Assembly: GCF_026571515.1 (NCBI RefSeq)
Contig: NW_026864328.1
Location: forward strand, 1-64,000
Direction: 5' to 3'
Source: Ruditapes philippinarum
Lineage: Eukaryota
Length of the DNA stretch: 64,000 bases
Shown here piece after piece: positions 26,101-40,900 of the stretch; positions within the stretch are counted from its first letter, which is position 1, and the number at the start of each line of letters is the position of its first letter. A program made the translations under genes and the position numbers. The notes below the pieces were generated by a model. The model ran no database searches and was not told the origin of the DNA. It worked only from the letters and a program-made list of their open reading frames with translations.

Positions 26101-28267
26101 CTCTTTAGATACAAAGTTAATTACAAAATACGAACAAAGCATTTGTCATATTATTGCAAGATATCGAAACGGATGTAATCAGGGAGTTATTTTAGTGCAA
26201 ATTGGCATGGCTGTATCATTAAATGTCTGCACATTTAATGATTTTATGAAAAATGAATTTGTAATGATCCGCCTATTGGTTGCTCAAAACAAGTTGTTTT
26301 TTTTTTCCAGTGCAAAGATACTAATATATCAGTACAATGAATCATTTTTGTATATAACATCAGTTTAGTTTATGTGTCTACTGAAAGAATTGTTGATACA
26401 ATGTTCTAGGACATGAATACGTAAAATTACCAGTTTTGGTCTCCTCTCAATGTTTTTATAATCATCAGAACTGAAATGAGAGCATATTTATAATAAACAC
26501 AACGTTAATGAAATTATCAGATTTGTTTGAAATACTGCATTCAATAACTAAACATTGTTTGAAATATTTCATTTCCATCTAGCGCTCACAAATATTCAAA
26601 TGGACGATTTTTTCAAGGTGACGCAATGAATATCTTCGGGTAAAACGCCATCATGATCACGAGTCATATAAGATTTAAGGTAACAGCAAATAATAATGTT
26701 TTTAATAAATCGACAGTCATCGTTCAGCAAGAAACCAATTAAAGTTGTGATTACAGGTGTTCCATTAAAACACACTATACGAAATTATTACATAGATAAA
26801 ATAAACAAAAAAATTTAAATCATGGTAAACAAATCCTGAAAGAATAATTATAGAAATTATATTGACATTCGACTTTCTGAGCAATTCAAAGCCCGATTTT
26901 GTGTAAAGCGTTTTTGGTCATTTTGCACAATTAATATTATAGTTCTGAAAAAAACAGGATGAGAGTTAATCTTCATTTGTACATAAGTTATTAACCCAGT
27001 CATATATCAAATGGTATACACACATTTATGAAAAATATTTCCGATCCGGTCGAAACTTCATTGAGGTCTCTTAAAGTATTTGATCCAGACTAAATAAATC
27101 AAATCAAACACATATCGGATATTTAGATTATACTATGCCTGTTTGCTCCGATATTGATTACGAACTTACTGCAACCTAAGTAAACATCTTAAAATGTAAG
27201 GTATTAAATCGTAATTTGACGAAAAGCGATAACAAGAGTTACAAAACTCCTATAAGTAGGCATTAATAGCAATAGCGACTACGCTCCAATTAAATGGTTT
27301 TATTTAGAAATTAAGGTAACGTCTGCAAACATTCGTGACGGAACGACTTGAGCCATTCGGGTCTATGAATTGTTTTGTTTTTTGTTTTGTTTTTTTTTTC
27401 ACTTCGTTTACTTGGTCATGTAGATATTGTTTGAATCACGCATGCATGCTTAACATAAAAGAAAAGTTAGTAAGTAAATTTTCACCGTGTTGTAAATAAG
27501 GACCGAAAAGTAGTAAGAAATTATTTAAAGAGAAGTTAAACCAAATGCATTGGGCTTGCAAAGTGAGTTCAATAAGAAAAATACATTTGGTAGAATGTCC
27601 TTTATAATGTATTCTAAATGTTTTATATGATATTTTCTTCAGTAAACGCTCTTGAAATGATGTAATGGGTCTATGTTATTGTTATTGCAAAGGCAAATCA
27701 ATATTCATTATACTCAATAATACCGTTGGATAGTTTATGCAAATCACATTAAGTTTGAAAAAAAAAAATTTCTAATGCAGGAAGGATGTATATATCTTTT
27801 AATGTTTGCCTTCGTATGACATACCTTACTAACTTTTTTTTGTTTTTCGTTTCTGTGATTTTCTATATTAAATGTTCTAACACAAGATAAACAACATAAG
27901 CTTTAAAGAAAAAATCATTAACTCAGTTGAAAATAAAACAGTATAAGAAATTTAAATGGAGAATCAAGATGGATATCCACATACATTATACTCACAGTTA
28001 CAAATAAACTAGGATTATACTAAGATTTTCTTCTGTTATATGGTCATGAATAAGCATTCGTTTCACGTTAACTAAATGGTTGGAATTAAATTCAAAAGAC
28101 CAATTTGATAAACATATCAAAACATCAAAGTTATTTGATGTTTTTTTCGCATATATAGAATTTTATAATACGTTAACACAAAAGCATACTTACTTCACTA
28201 GATAAAGAGCTGTGGTATTTGCATAGCTAAACACTTTGTTCTATGGATTTTGATAAATTTTGTTCGA

Positions 28268-28306
28268 TTTTACTTCGCACTAACACAGCTAAGTCATATG
28301 GCGACT
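28268..28306 (-). mobile_element. SINE 3'-tail remnant
   Basis: Reverse complement agtcgccatatgacttagctgtgttagtgcgaagtaaaa resembles the SINE tail at 12500-12538 (gtcgcgatatgacctatactgtgtcgatgtgacgtaaaa). Confidence 0.6.
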
Positions 28307-29289
28307 CTCTCTTTTTTCTCTGCTAGTATGACTGGGTTGTATCGGGGGCTTCGTCTTTTGAACCTCTTTATTCTCATTCTTTTTTACAGGTAGAGAAAGT
28401 CTTAAGGTTCCGTAAACTATTTTTCTAAATTGAATAAGATTAATACGTACAATAAGGAAGAACAAGATAAGTCTTCATTTCAAAACAAATCAGAGCAACA
28501 AAGCAAAGACAATATCTCTATAATTCACTCCCTATAAAATGCTGACATTTTTGTGTACTAACCACAGACGTACGCGCTAAGATTATTTTGACCACAAAGA
28601 ATTGTTTGCACTTTAAATAGAATACATATAGTGTCATTAATTTCTTTCATAACAGTTTTTTTCTATGATAACATCATCACTAGACACACTTTATCTATTT
28701 AATAAAAGTATTTTGTCTTTTGTTATATTTTTGTAGTTAATAAAAATATTTTTTATTTTGTTATCTTTTTATATTTTTCTAATAAATGAGAAGATAGATA
28801 TTAAGAGAATAATTATTGGTCTATACTTTTTACCAATCAAGTAAACAAATTGTTATGTAATATCTTTGTTCCGTTATCAAATTATCCTTTGTGTAGCAAC
28901 AACATTAATACCTATACATATATATTAAACATGTGTAATTCATTTTGTATTTGTGTTCCTAGTACTAATTATACACCTATTGATGATAAATATTTGGATT
29001 CTGCATTATATACCAATAATGAGTCATTGAAACTGAAAAACTATAGTGACTTACGTAAATCCGTTTCCATATTCAATAAATTGCCTTCGGCTAGAGTACA
29101 AATGTATGTTATATGTCGACATAGGTTGTTTAACACATGAAGCCAATCAAAACAGTTCAAATCAAATCAATAATTATAACTGATCATTTCTAAACCTTCA
29201 TTATCATTGCCAGTTCAAGTTTTGATTTGCGGCGTAATTTAAATGTTTAAATTTTTATGAATGTTTTATCATTTTCATCTTCATCCAAA

Positions 29290-32200
29290 GTATCTAAATA
29301 GCCCAGTGAGACGTTTGATATACCAAACTCGTTATTTTCCTTTTCTTAGAAAGACGCCATGTTGTCTTAAACATACAATTGAAAGACAACAGGAAATTGT
29401 TTTACGAAATATTGAATAAAAATACTTATTCACGAAATAAGGACTCGTGAAGTATCATACAATTAGCAGTATTCAAATCTTAACGAAATAATGTCAGCAA
29501 AACTTTTCAGTATAACTTAGTTATTGCATAAAAATCTTTATATCTTTTCAACAACAACATTTTCAACAATAATATGACGTTATAGTTATACTGAAGTTTA
29601 ATGAACAAGGCGCTAGGTTACCAGTATAATAGCATCAGTATTGTATTCAACAAATTGTATGTAAAATGACTTTTTTCACACAAATAATTGGATTTTTCAA
29701 TTTTGAGATAATAAAGAAATAAATAGTGATCTTTATCAAATTTTGAGTAATATTACATTTCTATTGCAAAGGTCTGATGTATACTCTATAGTATTTTAAA
29801 AACAAAACATTTAATGCATAGCATAACATAGCTTAGTAAAGCATAGCATAGTTAATACCGCAGATGGAACAGTGAAGGTAATGATAGACAAAATTTTAAA
29901 ATGCTATAGAATAACATGTTCTTCACTAAGACCCTCTTTGTTTTCCTTATTTGAGATATTTATAATACTTTAAAAACCTAAAATGTATTTTGTTTTGAAA
30001 TGCTAGATGATAGATATTTATCTATTTTTAAATCCGTTAGTATTTTTAATCATATATATTATATAACTAAATCAAATGCATAGCTTTATTAATATGCTTA
30101 AATATTTCTAAATAACAATAAAACGGAAATAGCTTTGTAATTATGAACGAATTTAGAATTAATACTTACAATAATTCTTTTTATCAAATCATATCTGAAG
30201 TAGTATATCTTTCAGTAGAATGCACTGACGGAATACATTTTGCAAGATCTGTGTTTTACAGTAGATTGAATAATAGCAACCATGTAAATTTTAATGACAT
30301 TTTTTGTTACATGTTACTCAAAGATTAGGTGTTTTAAGAAAGTTAATTGATTGCTATGGTAAAAGAAAATTGAGAATATATTATGTCAGTTCCGCTTCAA
30401 ACAAATTGCCCGGAACAAATGTGTCAAACCATCGAACAAAAGGTTATTTTTGTTGTGCACATCTGTATAACAAGACTGGCCATCAAGCAAATACGATTAA
30501 CTAAATTAAAATAGAACTTTTGCATATAAGTTTTTTTCTAAATTCAAAGGATATGATTACTGGAATCATAATTCTTGTTTGATTTTGTTGATTTCGGTGT
30601 TTTTCTTTTTGATATTGCATATCAATGATAAAGGTTTTTTTCCTGATAACTCCTTTACAATTTCATATATTAAGAAAATTCCCTAATTATTTGAAAGTTT
30701 ATCAAAGTACATGTTGTGATAATGTTTAACCATATAGAAAAAAATCCATTTAGTAAAACATGAAGTGTTAAGAAGCTAACTTCAGATAAGAACGTTTCCC
30801 TATTGTTTGGAGAATTAAGCAAACTATGTTGCCGTAACTTGCTACAATTATGGAGACAAAAAGACCAACTCCATTTAACGTGATTGCAAAAGCAAGTAAC
30901 TGAGAACTAATTGACCTAGTCAAATTATGATTACTCAGTTTCTAATAAAGTACAACGACTATATCAACATGAAGAATTAAAATATTTATAGTGTTCATAA
31001 AGTGTTTTATTTTCGTAACTAAGTTTCCAAAACATATGACTTGTATAATTATGTTTTGAACATTCAATTATCATAGTTCTATTTCTATTTAATTTTATTT
31101 TATATAAATGTTATTTGATCCAACTTTGTCCTTAAGATTTTCAACATGTCATTTTAGAGTCATTTATGTTCATGCTATCTTGAGATAAAATAACTAATAA
31201 GTCTTCTTTTCTGCTTCATGAAAATAACAAGTTTATGACTATAAACACTTTCCATTTGCTTTCGCTAACACTATCAAAGCTTAATTTTTTTCATGCTGCA
31301 CCTGTTTTTCTATTATAAAATCAGACCATTTTTGATACATTTTTGTCTGATGTTACAAAACACAATATGGTTTCTACACAAACTATTACTGTGTTAATTT
31401 ATACTTATATTAAAATTTGGCAATAGTTTGTATGTTCAACAAGCTTATTGTACTCGAAAGTATTTTATGAGACTGCATAAAATCTAACAATATCTGAAAT
31501 GTAGTTTTATGGATGATGTAGGTTCAATGCTTTCTTAGAATTCTGTATGTATTTACGATATGATTATATAATACTAAACCAACGAAAGCAATAACTAATC
31601 AGCACGTGCTTTACCAATTATGTTTTGCAAAATTAGGAAAAATAAGGCAAAATGGAACTTACCACTAAAGAAACCAATATATAAGGAAGTTATACTATCT
31701 ATTAATTTGATTCTTGAACATATTTCGGTGACGAAAATATCATCTTAAAAGCAAATGATATCTTCTATAAAATGCAAGACAAGCAATGCAAAATATTCAA
31801 ACATTAAATCAGAACATCAACCAAAAAAAATACTAAGGCCAAATCATAAATCATAAAACATAAAAAATATGATGCAAAAATTTGGAGACATTTCCATTCC
31901 GTTCTCAAATTAACATGAAGAAATATAGATACATACTTATACAAAGCAACAACAACATAAAAATTGGAATGGACGTTTTTCGGTTTCAAATTACAAGGAA
32001 TATGTGATTTTATTGCAGTTCACCGAACAGCACAAAATTCAAATTGTATAAACACGAGACATAATATTATATATAATACAATCATGTTATAATCTCTCAA
32101 ATAGCTTGTCAGTACTGTTTTAGTTGCTAACATGTTTTAGTTAGTATCTTTTAATAATCAGACATATCGCGGGCGTTACATATATCTTATTATATTTATA

Positions 32201-34970
32201 TCATATATTTGTTACAAAACTATAATTTGCATTAATTTATTTTCAAGTATTAAGTAAATACTTTGCTATTGTTCAGCTGTGTTCTATTATTTTGTAATTG
32301 CACCTGTCTTCCTCGTAGAAATATCCAGACAATTTTCTATGATCTTGTATTTCAAAATTCAAATTGTTTAAAGCACGAAGTAACATTACGTTTACTAAAA
32401 TTATAAAACCAAAGGCAACTGGCAGGATGATTATATTATTATATGAAATGGAGAAACATGTGATGATAAACATGTGTTTTCTTCTTCTATTCATTGTTGT
32501 TAAATTAAATAATGCAGATGATACATGTATCATTTTAAGTGTATAACAACAATTTTAAGATTTTTGTAGTATTAAATGCTATGTTATCAAACGTTTTTTT
32601 GTCAAAAATGATATCCGTGACAGTTTTGAGTTCTCTCCTTCATTTAGTTATTTATACTAGAGACAACTTAAAATAAATAAGTACATGTATTTATCTTTAC
32701 GATATCTGATTTAAATCTCACTTAAAAATGAATGATTATGCCCATGTTTTAAACTAATCAAGCTGTCGTTCTTTTTATAATAATTCTGAAAGCATGGTTA
32801 ATGTATTCATATTTATTTATATTAAAATACCTTCGAGGCAGCAAGTTCATATAGGTAATGCCTGTTACTGTACAGTTCTGCTTACCCAAACGAAATGTTG
32901 GATCTAATTTGAAAATGGAATATGTATAAAAAAGATCCACAATCTAAGTATGATAAATCAGCTTCTAATTAGTTATATTTGTTAGTTGTATCTTTTTGAA
33001 TTAATAGTGCATTCCAAAAAGATTCACTTACTTATCTTTTTAAATATGATAAACGATCGAAAGTCAGACACAAGAATATGTTTGCCGAACCGTCATACAA
33101 CGATATACGACAAAAAGCTCAACATTTTTATGAATTAAATTTGTCTTTAGGGAAACACGTATAGCATCACTGACATACTACATTTTTTGACATTTTTGTT
33201 TGGTGCCCTATTGGGGACCTTATGTTCTGTGGTCATGCGTGACTTGTCATTTCCAATGAGATCACTCTCCTTTATTGACGTATTCATATTATGTCGATAG
33301 ATGCACCACATTCTATTTTGACTTACTAATGTTTACTTATTAGTTATGTTCTAAAAACTGTAACGCTATTGCAAAGTAATTTAATTGGGTATTGTCGTAA
33401 ACGGATTTCTGTTACATGTTAATGTATTAATTAGGAAATGTGTTGTGATTTTGTGTTTAACTGACAGAATATAATCCGTCATTCATTATCATCTGATTCT
33501 CTGAAGTTTACAAGCATTAAATTTATACATCATATTAGGTTATTCGCATGTGTATTTGCATTATAACAATGTCTTTCCTGTGCTTTTTTATTTGTGTTAT
33601 ACAATATTCATGAAGTTCGTAACTTATATTCGTAAAATATAAGTATAAACATTAAAGCTAAAAAACCAAGTACAATGCATCCATTCAAGATGCATTAATT
33701 GAACCTTTTTACGTATTGTTACGGTGTTACAGTTGTTACTACATTTCTTTTCTATTATAAATGATGAATTATAGAAAATCGGAATAACATCAATTAATTG
33801 TGCCAGATGATATTGTTTTTACAACATTCTGTAGCTGGGTTGGAGAATTGTGTATGTTCCAGTTAATATAATTATAACAAAGTGAGCTACTTTGTAGTTT
33901 CATGTATGAATCATAATTGCCCTGATTTGTTTTACGTGTTTAATCAAACAGGACAGGACTAATCTGTTCATAATCTGTGCCAAGTGTTCTGTTATACACT
34001 TTGTAAATTGATATTTACATTTTTTTATCAAATGTGTACAGTATGCCTTACGCTTAAGTTATCAAGCTCATGATTCTAAATTTCAATTCCAAAGAAGACA
34101 AATAAAGTGTTTTGTTAGAAGGCAATCAATGTATCTATTAAATTGAAAGTGTTTGTGTCGTCAAGTTCGTTTGTATAACAATTGTTATAATACAGGTATT
34201 ACTGCCAGTTTTTTTTGTTTTAATACTCTTTGTATTATATGATGAAAATGATCAATCTTTTTAACTATATTATAACACTTTTCTCATAAGTCTGAATATG
34301 TGATTATATTTCATCATGTTATACTGGTGTCTTTCTGTATCGTATCCTTTGCATTTTTTATAGTCTCTATATAGCTTTTGTCACAAAGGGATTACCCGAA
34401 TACATGTTACTCAAGTATTGTCTACATCATTTTATCATAATATATTGCTCTTCTTAATTTTTAACACAATTTAGCTCATTTTTTCTGAATTAACTTTCTA
34501 TACAAATAAGCTTATGTAAATTGACAAAGCTTTGCATGTACTGTTGTATTGTGTTGGTTTTGATACACGCAAAAGCATAACTGAAATATCGAATGCTCCC
34601 AAAATGATAAAAACAAGGGATACCGTATTTAAGCTTGACTGTAAATGTACTAACTTGTAGACACACACGAATTATCATGAAGGTAAAATTGAAAATCGTT
34701 TAATCAATATGAATGTGTTTTTATTATAATGTATAAGAAAATATCTTTTACAATATTCAAAAGTAAAAGTTATTCGAATGACACTTGTTGCACATCAATA
34801 CAAATAATATGTGTATGAAAATTATACTGAGAATCGTATTTTGAAATATTTTTATGTTACGTTATGTTCAGCAACCAGTCTTTTTAGTATAATTATGTGT
34901 TCCTTAACTAATTTTAAAGAATGTTTTATTTAATATGAGTAAAATGATTAAGTATGAATTTTTATCGAAT
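29290..34970 (-). repeat. Copy B: tandem paralog of ~35665-39300 and inverted paralog of ~22075-26110
   Basis: tcttagaaagacgcc at 29344 and 35788; tctttcagtagaatRcactgacggaataca at ~30208 and ~36373 (reverse complement at ~25725-25755); cctgtcttcctcgtagaaatatc at 32303 and 37829; caattccaaagaagacaaataaagtgtttt at 34084 and 38991. Confidence 0.92.
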
Positions 34971-37900
34971 ACTAAATTCCATCCTGATGTCTACTATGAG
35001 AGAAACTGTTTATTTTTATTATTAAAATAGTATTATTTGCTGTTACCTTAAATCTTATATGATGACTCGTGATCATGATGACATTTTACCGAAGTTATGC
35101 ATCGTGTCACCTTGAAAAAAATCGTCCTTTTGAATATTTGTGAGCGCTAGATGGAAATGAATGAAATATTGAAAATAATGTTAAGTTATTGAATGTAGTA
35201 TTTCAAACAAATCTGATAATTTCATTAACGTTGTGTTTATTATAAATATGCTCTCATTTCAGTTGTTATGATTAAAAAAACATTGAGAGGAGACTAAAAC
35301 CGGTAATTTTACGTATTCATGTCTCAGAACATTGTATCAACAATGATATCACTAGACATATAAATTAAGCTGATGTGATATACAAAAAATGATTCATTGT
35401 ACTGATATATTAGTATCCTAGCAATTTGCACTGGCAAAAGACAACTTGTTTTGAGCAACCAATAGGCGAATCATTACATATTTATTTTACATAAAAGTAT
35501 TAGATGTGCAGACATTTAATGATACAGCCATGCCAATTTGCACTAAAATAACTCCCTTATTACATCCGTTTCGATATCTTGCAATAATAATATGTCACGC
35601 ATGTACTGTGCATGGAATTGCTGTTGCTAGCAATGCATGACAAATGCTTTGTTCGTACTTTGTATATAAAGAGCCCAGTAAGACGTAAAATATATCAAAA
35701 CATATGATAAATAAAATCAATAAGGTAAGGCGGTGCTCAATGCACGCAACCTAACACGACCCAGCAACAAAGCCGTAAGTTACCTTATCTTAGAAAGACG
35801 CCGTGTTGTCTAAAACCTAAAACATACAATTGCAAGGAAACAAGAATCATTTTAAGAAATATTGAATAAGTATACTTATTCACAAAATAAGGAATCGTTA
35901 AGTATCATACAATAAGCAGTATTCAAATCTTAAAGAAATACAAGGTCAGCACGTATTTAATAAAAGTGTACATCTGATCGTTTCAGTGTAGTAGTAGATC
36001 TAATTGCATAAAAAACTTTATATTTTTTCAACAATATTTGGACAATAATATGACGTTATAGTTACACTGAACTTTTATGGAAATAGGTTGTCAATTTGAT
36101 AGCATTGTATGTAAAATGACTTTTTATACACAAACAATTTTTTTAACATTAAAGAGATATTTAAGAAATAAAAAATAATCTTAATCATGTTTGAGTATTA
36201 TTACATTTCTAGTGCAATAGTATATAATTGATAAATGTAATTCCATAGATTTATTAATATGCTTAAATATTTCAAAATAACATTAAAACGAAAATAGCTA
36301 TGCAATTTTGAAGGATATTAAAAATAAATACTTGCAATAATTATTTTATTAAATTATTTCTGAAGTAGTAAATCTTTCAGTAGAATACACTGACGGAATA
36401 CATTATGCCAAGATCTGTGTTACACAGAGTATTGAATAATAGCAACCATGTTAATTTCAATGACTATTTTGGTTGTTTACGGTTATGGTAGGATGAGGTG
36501 TTTTAAGAAAGTTAATTGCCCGGAACAAATGTGTCAAACCGTCAACCAAGAGGTTAATTTGTGTTTTTTATATCTGTATAACAAGACTGGACACCAAACA
36601 AATACGATTTACGAAACAGAACTTTTGTCAAGTTTCTCTAAATCCAAGGGATATGATCACTTGAAGGATAATTCTTTGTTTGATGTTGTTGAAATTATTT
36701 TGTTTTAAAGTGAATGCAAAACGAAATTGTTGAGAACTCGTTGACTGAGTCTAATTTTGATTACCCAGATTTTAATAAAATTCAACTTTTATATGCAAAA
36801 TGAAAATTTAATATATTTATAGTGTTCATTACTGTTTTATATTAGAATTTTTAAAAATTATAACCTCTATGCTAATGTTTTGAACATAAAATGTTTACCA
36901 CAACATGCCCCATTTCTGGTCGGTATTACGTTAATCACGCCATTATAATGGTATTTCTTTTCTATTTTATTTCATCTTATATAAATGCCATTCGATCCAA
37001 TTTAGTCCTTAAGATTTTCAACATGTGAATTTTTTTTCATTCATGTCCATGCTGTCCTTGAATAACAAAACTACTAATAAGTTTTCTTTTCTGCTTTATT
37101 AAAATAACAAGTTTATGACCAATGGCACTTTCCATTTGTTTTCGCTTCACCTTCAAAACATTCATTATATCCTGCTGCACCTGTTTTTCTATTATAAACA
37201 TCAGAATATTTTATGATACATTTTTGTCTGGTGTTAAAAGACACAATTTGGTTTCAGCAGAAACAATTACTAAATTAATTGACATGTATATCAACATTTG
37301 GCAATTGTTTGTATGTTCAACAAGCTTATTGCGCTCAAAGGTATTTTATGAGACTGCATTAAATCTAAGAATATATGAAATATAGTTTTATTGATGATGA
37401 AGGTTCAATGTTTTCTTAAAATTCTGTGTGTATTTATCATATGATTATATAAGACTTAGTCAACGAAAGCAAACATGTTTCCTTTTTTCCACTGCATACG
37501 TTTGAAAACAAAACAAAAACTGACTTGATCGTAATGCAGTTCCTCGTAATTCAAATTATACAAAAACTGGACAGTGAACATAATATGATATATAATACAA
37601 TCATGTAAAAATCTCTCAAATAATTTGTTAGTATTGTTTTAGTTACTAGCATGTTGTATAATAGAGAGTTCTAGTCAGACATATCGCGGGCTTTACATAT
37701 ATCTTATCATATTTCTATCATATATTTATTACAAAACTATAGTTTGCATTAATTTATTTTCAAGTATCAAGTTAATTCATTGTTGTTATTGTTCAGCTCA
37801 CAAGTAATCTTATTATTTTGTAATTGCACCTGTCTTCCTCGTAGAAATATCTAGACAAATGTCTACTATGTAGATTACATTATCTTGTATTACAAAATTC

Positions 37901-40900
37901 AATTTGTTTTAAGCACGAAGTATACTATAATAATAAAAACAAAGACAACTGGCAGGATTGTGCTAAAATATAATTATATTATCATCTGCAATGGAGAAAC
38001 ATGTGATGATAACCATAAAGTGTTTTATCTATTCATTGTTGTTGAATTAAATTATTCAGATGACACATGTTTAAATAATGATGTTAAGATTTTTTGTAGT
38101 ATTAAATGCTATATGATCTAACGTTTCTTTGTTTTCAAAACCGATTCCTTGACAGTTTGGAGTTCATTTGGTTATTTGTACATGAGACAACTTGACATAA
38201 ATAAGAACATCTATTTTCTTTCTCGATATAGGATTTAAATTTCATTTAATTATGACATTCAAAATTTTAAATGAATCAAAATGTCGTCTTTTATAATAAT
38301 ATTTAAAACATGGTTGATTTATTTACATTTAACTACAGGCAACATGTTAGTATAGGTAATGTTTGGTACTTAACATTTCTGCTTACTCAAATTTTGTTGA
38401 CCTAATTTAATAATGAAAGGCATATTAAATAGATCCAGAATATAAGTACGACGAATCAGTTTCTAATTAGTTATATTTATAAATAATATTTTTAAATTAA
38501 TGATGCATTCCGACAATATTTACTTAATTACCTCTTTGAATATGATAAATGATCGAAAGTCAGACACTGGAACCTATAAACAGAAACTTTGCCGAACTGT
38601 CATACAATGATATATAACTAAAATGCACCACATTTATTAGCTATCAAAATGAATTATATTTGTCTTAATGGAAAAAACACATAATTATATTAAAAGCAAT
38701 AAAACAGTTCTATGAACAACCATACTACATTTTCTTGACATTTGATTTTTTTCGCAAAATGTTTGTTCGGTGTCCTACAGGGTGTCTTTCTTTCTGTGGT
38801 ACTGTGTGACTGGTGATTTTTAGCCCTGATTTGCTTCACGTGTTTAATCATTAACGGAAATTGACTAATTTGTTTATGATCTATGCCAATTATTCTATTA
38901 AACATTTTGTAAATTGATATATACCCTTTTCCTTTTTATCAAATGTATATAGCAGGTCTTACGCTTAAGTTATCTCGTGATCCTTAATTCCAATTCCAAA
39001 GAAGACAAATAAAGTGTTTTGGTACAAGGCAATCAAAGTAAATATTAAATTGAAAGTGTTTGTGTCGTTTGCATTACATTTGTTATACAGGTATTACTGC
39101 CATGCATTTTGTTTCAATACTCCTTGTATTTTATTTTAATTTATGATGAAAATTATCAATCTTCTTTTCTAAATTATAACACTAACACGAAAGCTTTTTC
39201 TGATATAACATAATGTTTAGCAACCAGTCTTTTAAGTATATGTTTTAATAAAAAATGATTTATTTATGAGTAAAATGATAAACTGAAAGTATGAATTCTT
39301 ATAAAATGGTTTAAAAGGAACATTGAAAATGTTTTGTTTTGGACAATTTCTGCATTTCTTTTAGATTTTATAAACAAAATACAGTAAGTAAATATTACCT
39401 TACAAGATCATAGTAATTTGGTGTAAAAGAATATTTACGTGTAAGCACATTAATTTCTGTTGACATTTGTAATTATTTATCCTTTTTCTGTATTACCTGA
39501 GTAGGAAGGACTGCATACGTTGTAAAATTAATTCAAACGTATTTAGAGCAATGAATTTCTTGTCTGGTTTAAGTACAGAGCTGTCATAAATATGTTACAT
39601 GATTTGTATCACGTATTTCTTGACATTTGTTGTTTATAAAGTGAAAATATCCGCGTTCCTATTTCAGAATGGCTATTAAAACACAATTGATCTGTACATG
39701 ACAAATACAAATTAAGTATTATGCGTCAGTGTGCAATTAATATGCAACCGTTACTGGAATTGTCCAAATGGTATTCATTACGGTTACCAATCAAATTAAC
39801 AATATGTTATACGTGTATCATAAATAATGCAACTCTTTGATCATTCTGCCGGGACCGATTTAAAGACACAAATCTTAATTTTTGTGGCAAATTGATACGC
39901 AAATAGGCAAGCAATTCATGCATAGAATAGCTTTCCTTTCAGATCTTTTGCGCAGATTTATTTTTTCACATGGCGTCATCAAACCAATTTGCTGTCAAGT
40001 TGCGCAGTTGTGGATACATCTATTTATGTTTTGCTAAATTGTTCAGTTGTTCCCACTGTCATTATATTTTATAAAAATATATTTATTGCAAATAATGTAT
40101 TAAATAATTGCAGTGACAATATTTTGTACATTATTTAAATTAAATTGCAATATAATTGATTTAGAAAAAAGTATATAATCATGTTAGAGAGAGAATATAA
40201 TCTCTGATTTCGGTTAAAATCAAGCATTTTTGTATCATTCTGTGCTTAGTGACATTCATCGTTCTTTTTATTGACTAGGTAAATGTCATGCGTTGCATGT
40301 GTGGCGGCCGAAAAAAGTCTCGGAAATACTTGTTGTGTATGTTGTGTATTCATATTTGAAAGTTGCAAAGTTTTTTTCTTAAAATAACCATATATATTAA
40401 TATAATGTTATTTCTGCTCGTTCATGTCTACTCTATAACTTACAAGCTGAAAGATATTTTGCCTACTTTAAAATTACAATTTTGGGCATGTTTCATTATA
40501 TCCGAGCCCATCTTTAAACTAAACTTGGTTCAGCACCGCTTGAAAGCAACATGCAACACATTTGATTGTGTTCGTATTTCAACTCGTACCTAAATGGTTT
40601 CTAATTCCAACTACATGTTGATATTCTGAGTAATTGTTGTAATACGAAAGACACATTGTAATAATTCCATTACGAGATGAACTGAAATACACGTTTGTCT
40701 TTCTCGCTTTTGATAATTATGACGATAGACCATGCCACTTTTGTTAGAGCTATTTTGACACGTGTTTTTTAAATAATATTTTTTTCCTGACACGCATACT
40801 TATGAAAACATTCTCCTGGAAAGTTTGATTAATGATAATTGTGAAACACAATAACCTGCAACTAAGCGAACAATTGATAATATCATCCGATTTTTAATTA

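Larger units (their letters stand above)
4010..26700 (+). repeat. Left arm of a large diverged inverted segmental duplication (partner ~35030-59445)
   Basis: Collinear reverse-complement anchors: 4060-4116 with 59341-59396; 5160-5345 with 57835-58025; 7900-8100 with 54650-54850; 9600-9900 with 53150-53460; 13070-13159 with 49712-49801 (identical); 16800-17020 with 45250-45480; 21490-21715 with 39720-39945; 24370-24720 with 37120-37470; 26470-26697 with 35031-35262. Ends are approximate. Confidence 0.95.

Noticed and set aside
28365-28395. Strong splice acceptor ttctcattcttttttacag in the spacer
   Set aside because: No convincing downstream exon or donor; such tracts arise by chance in AT-rich DNA.
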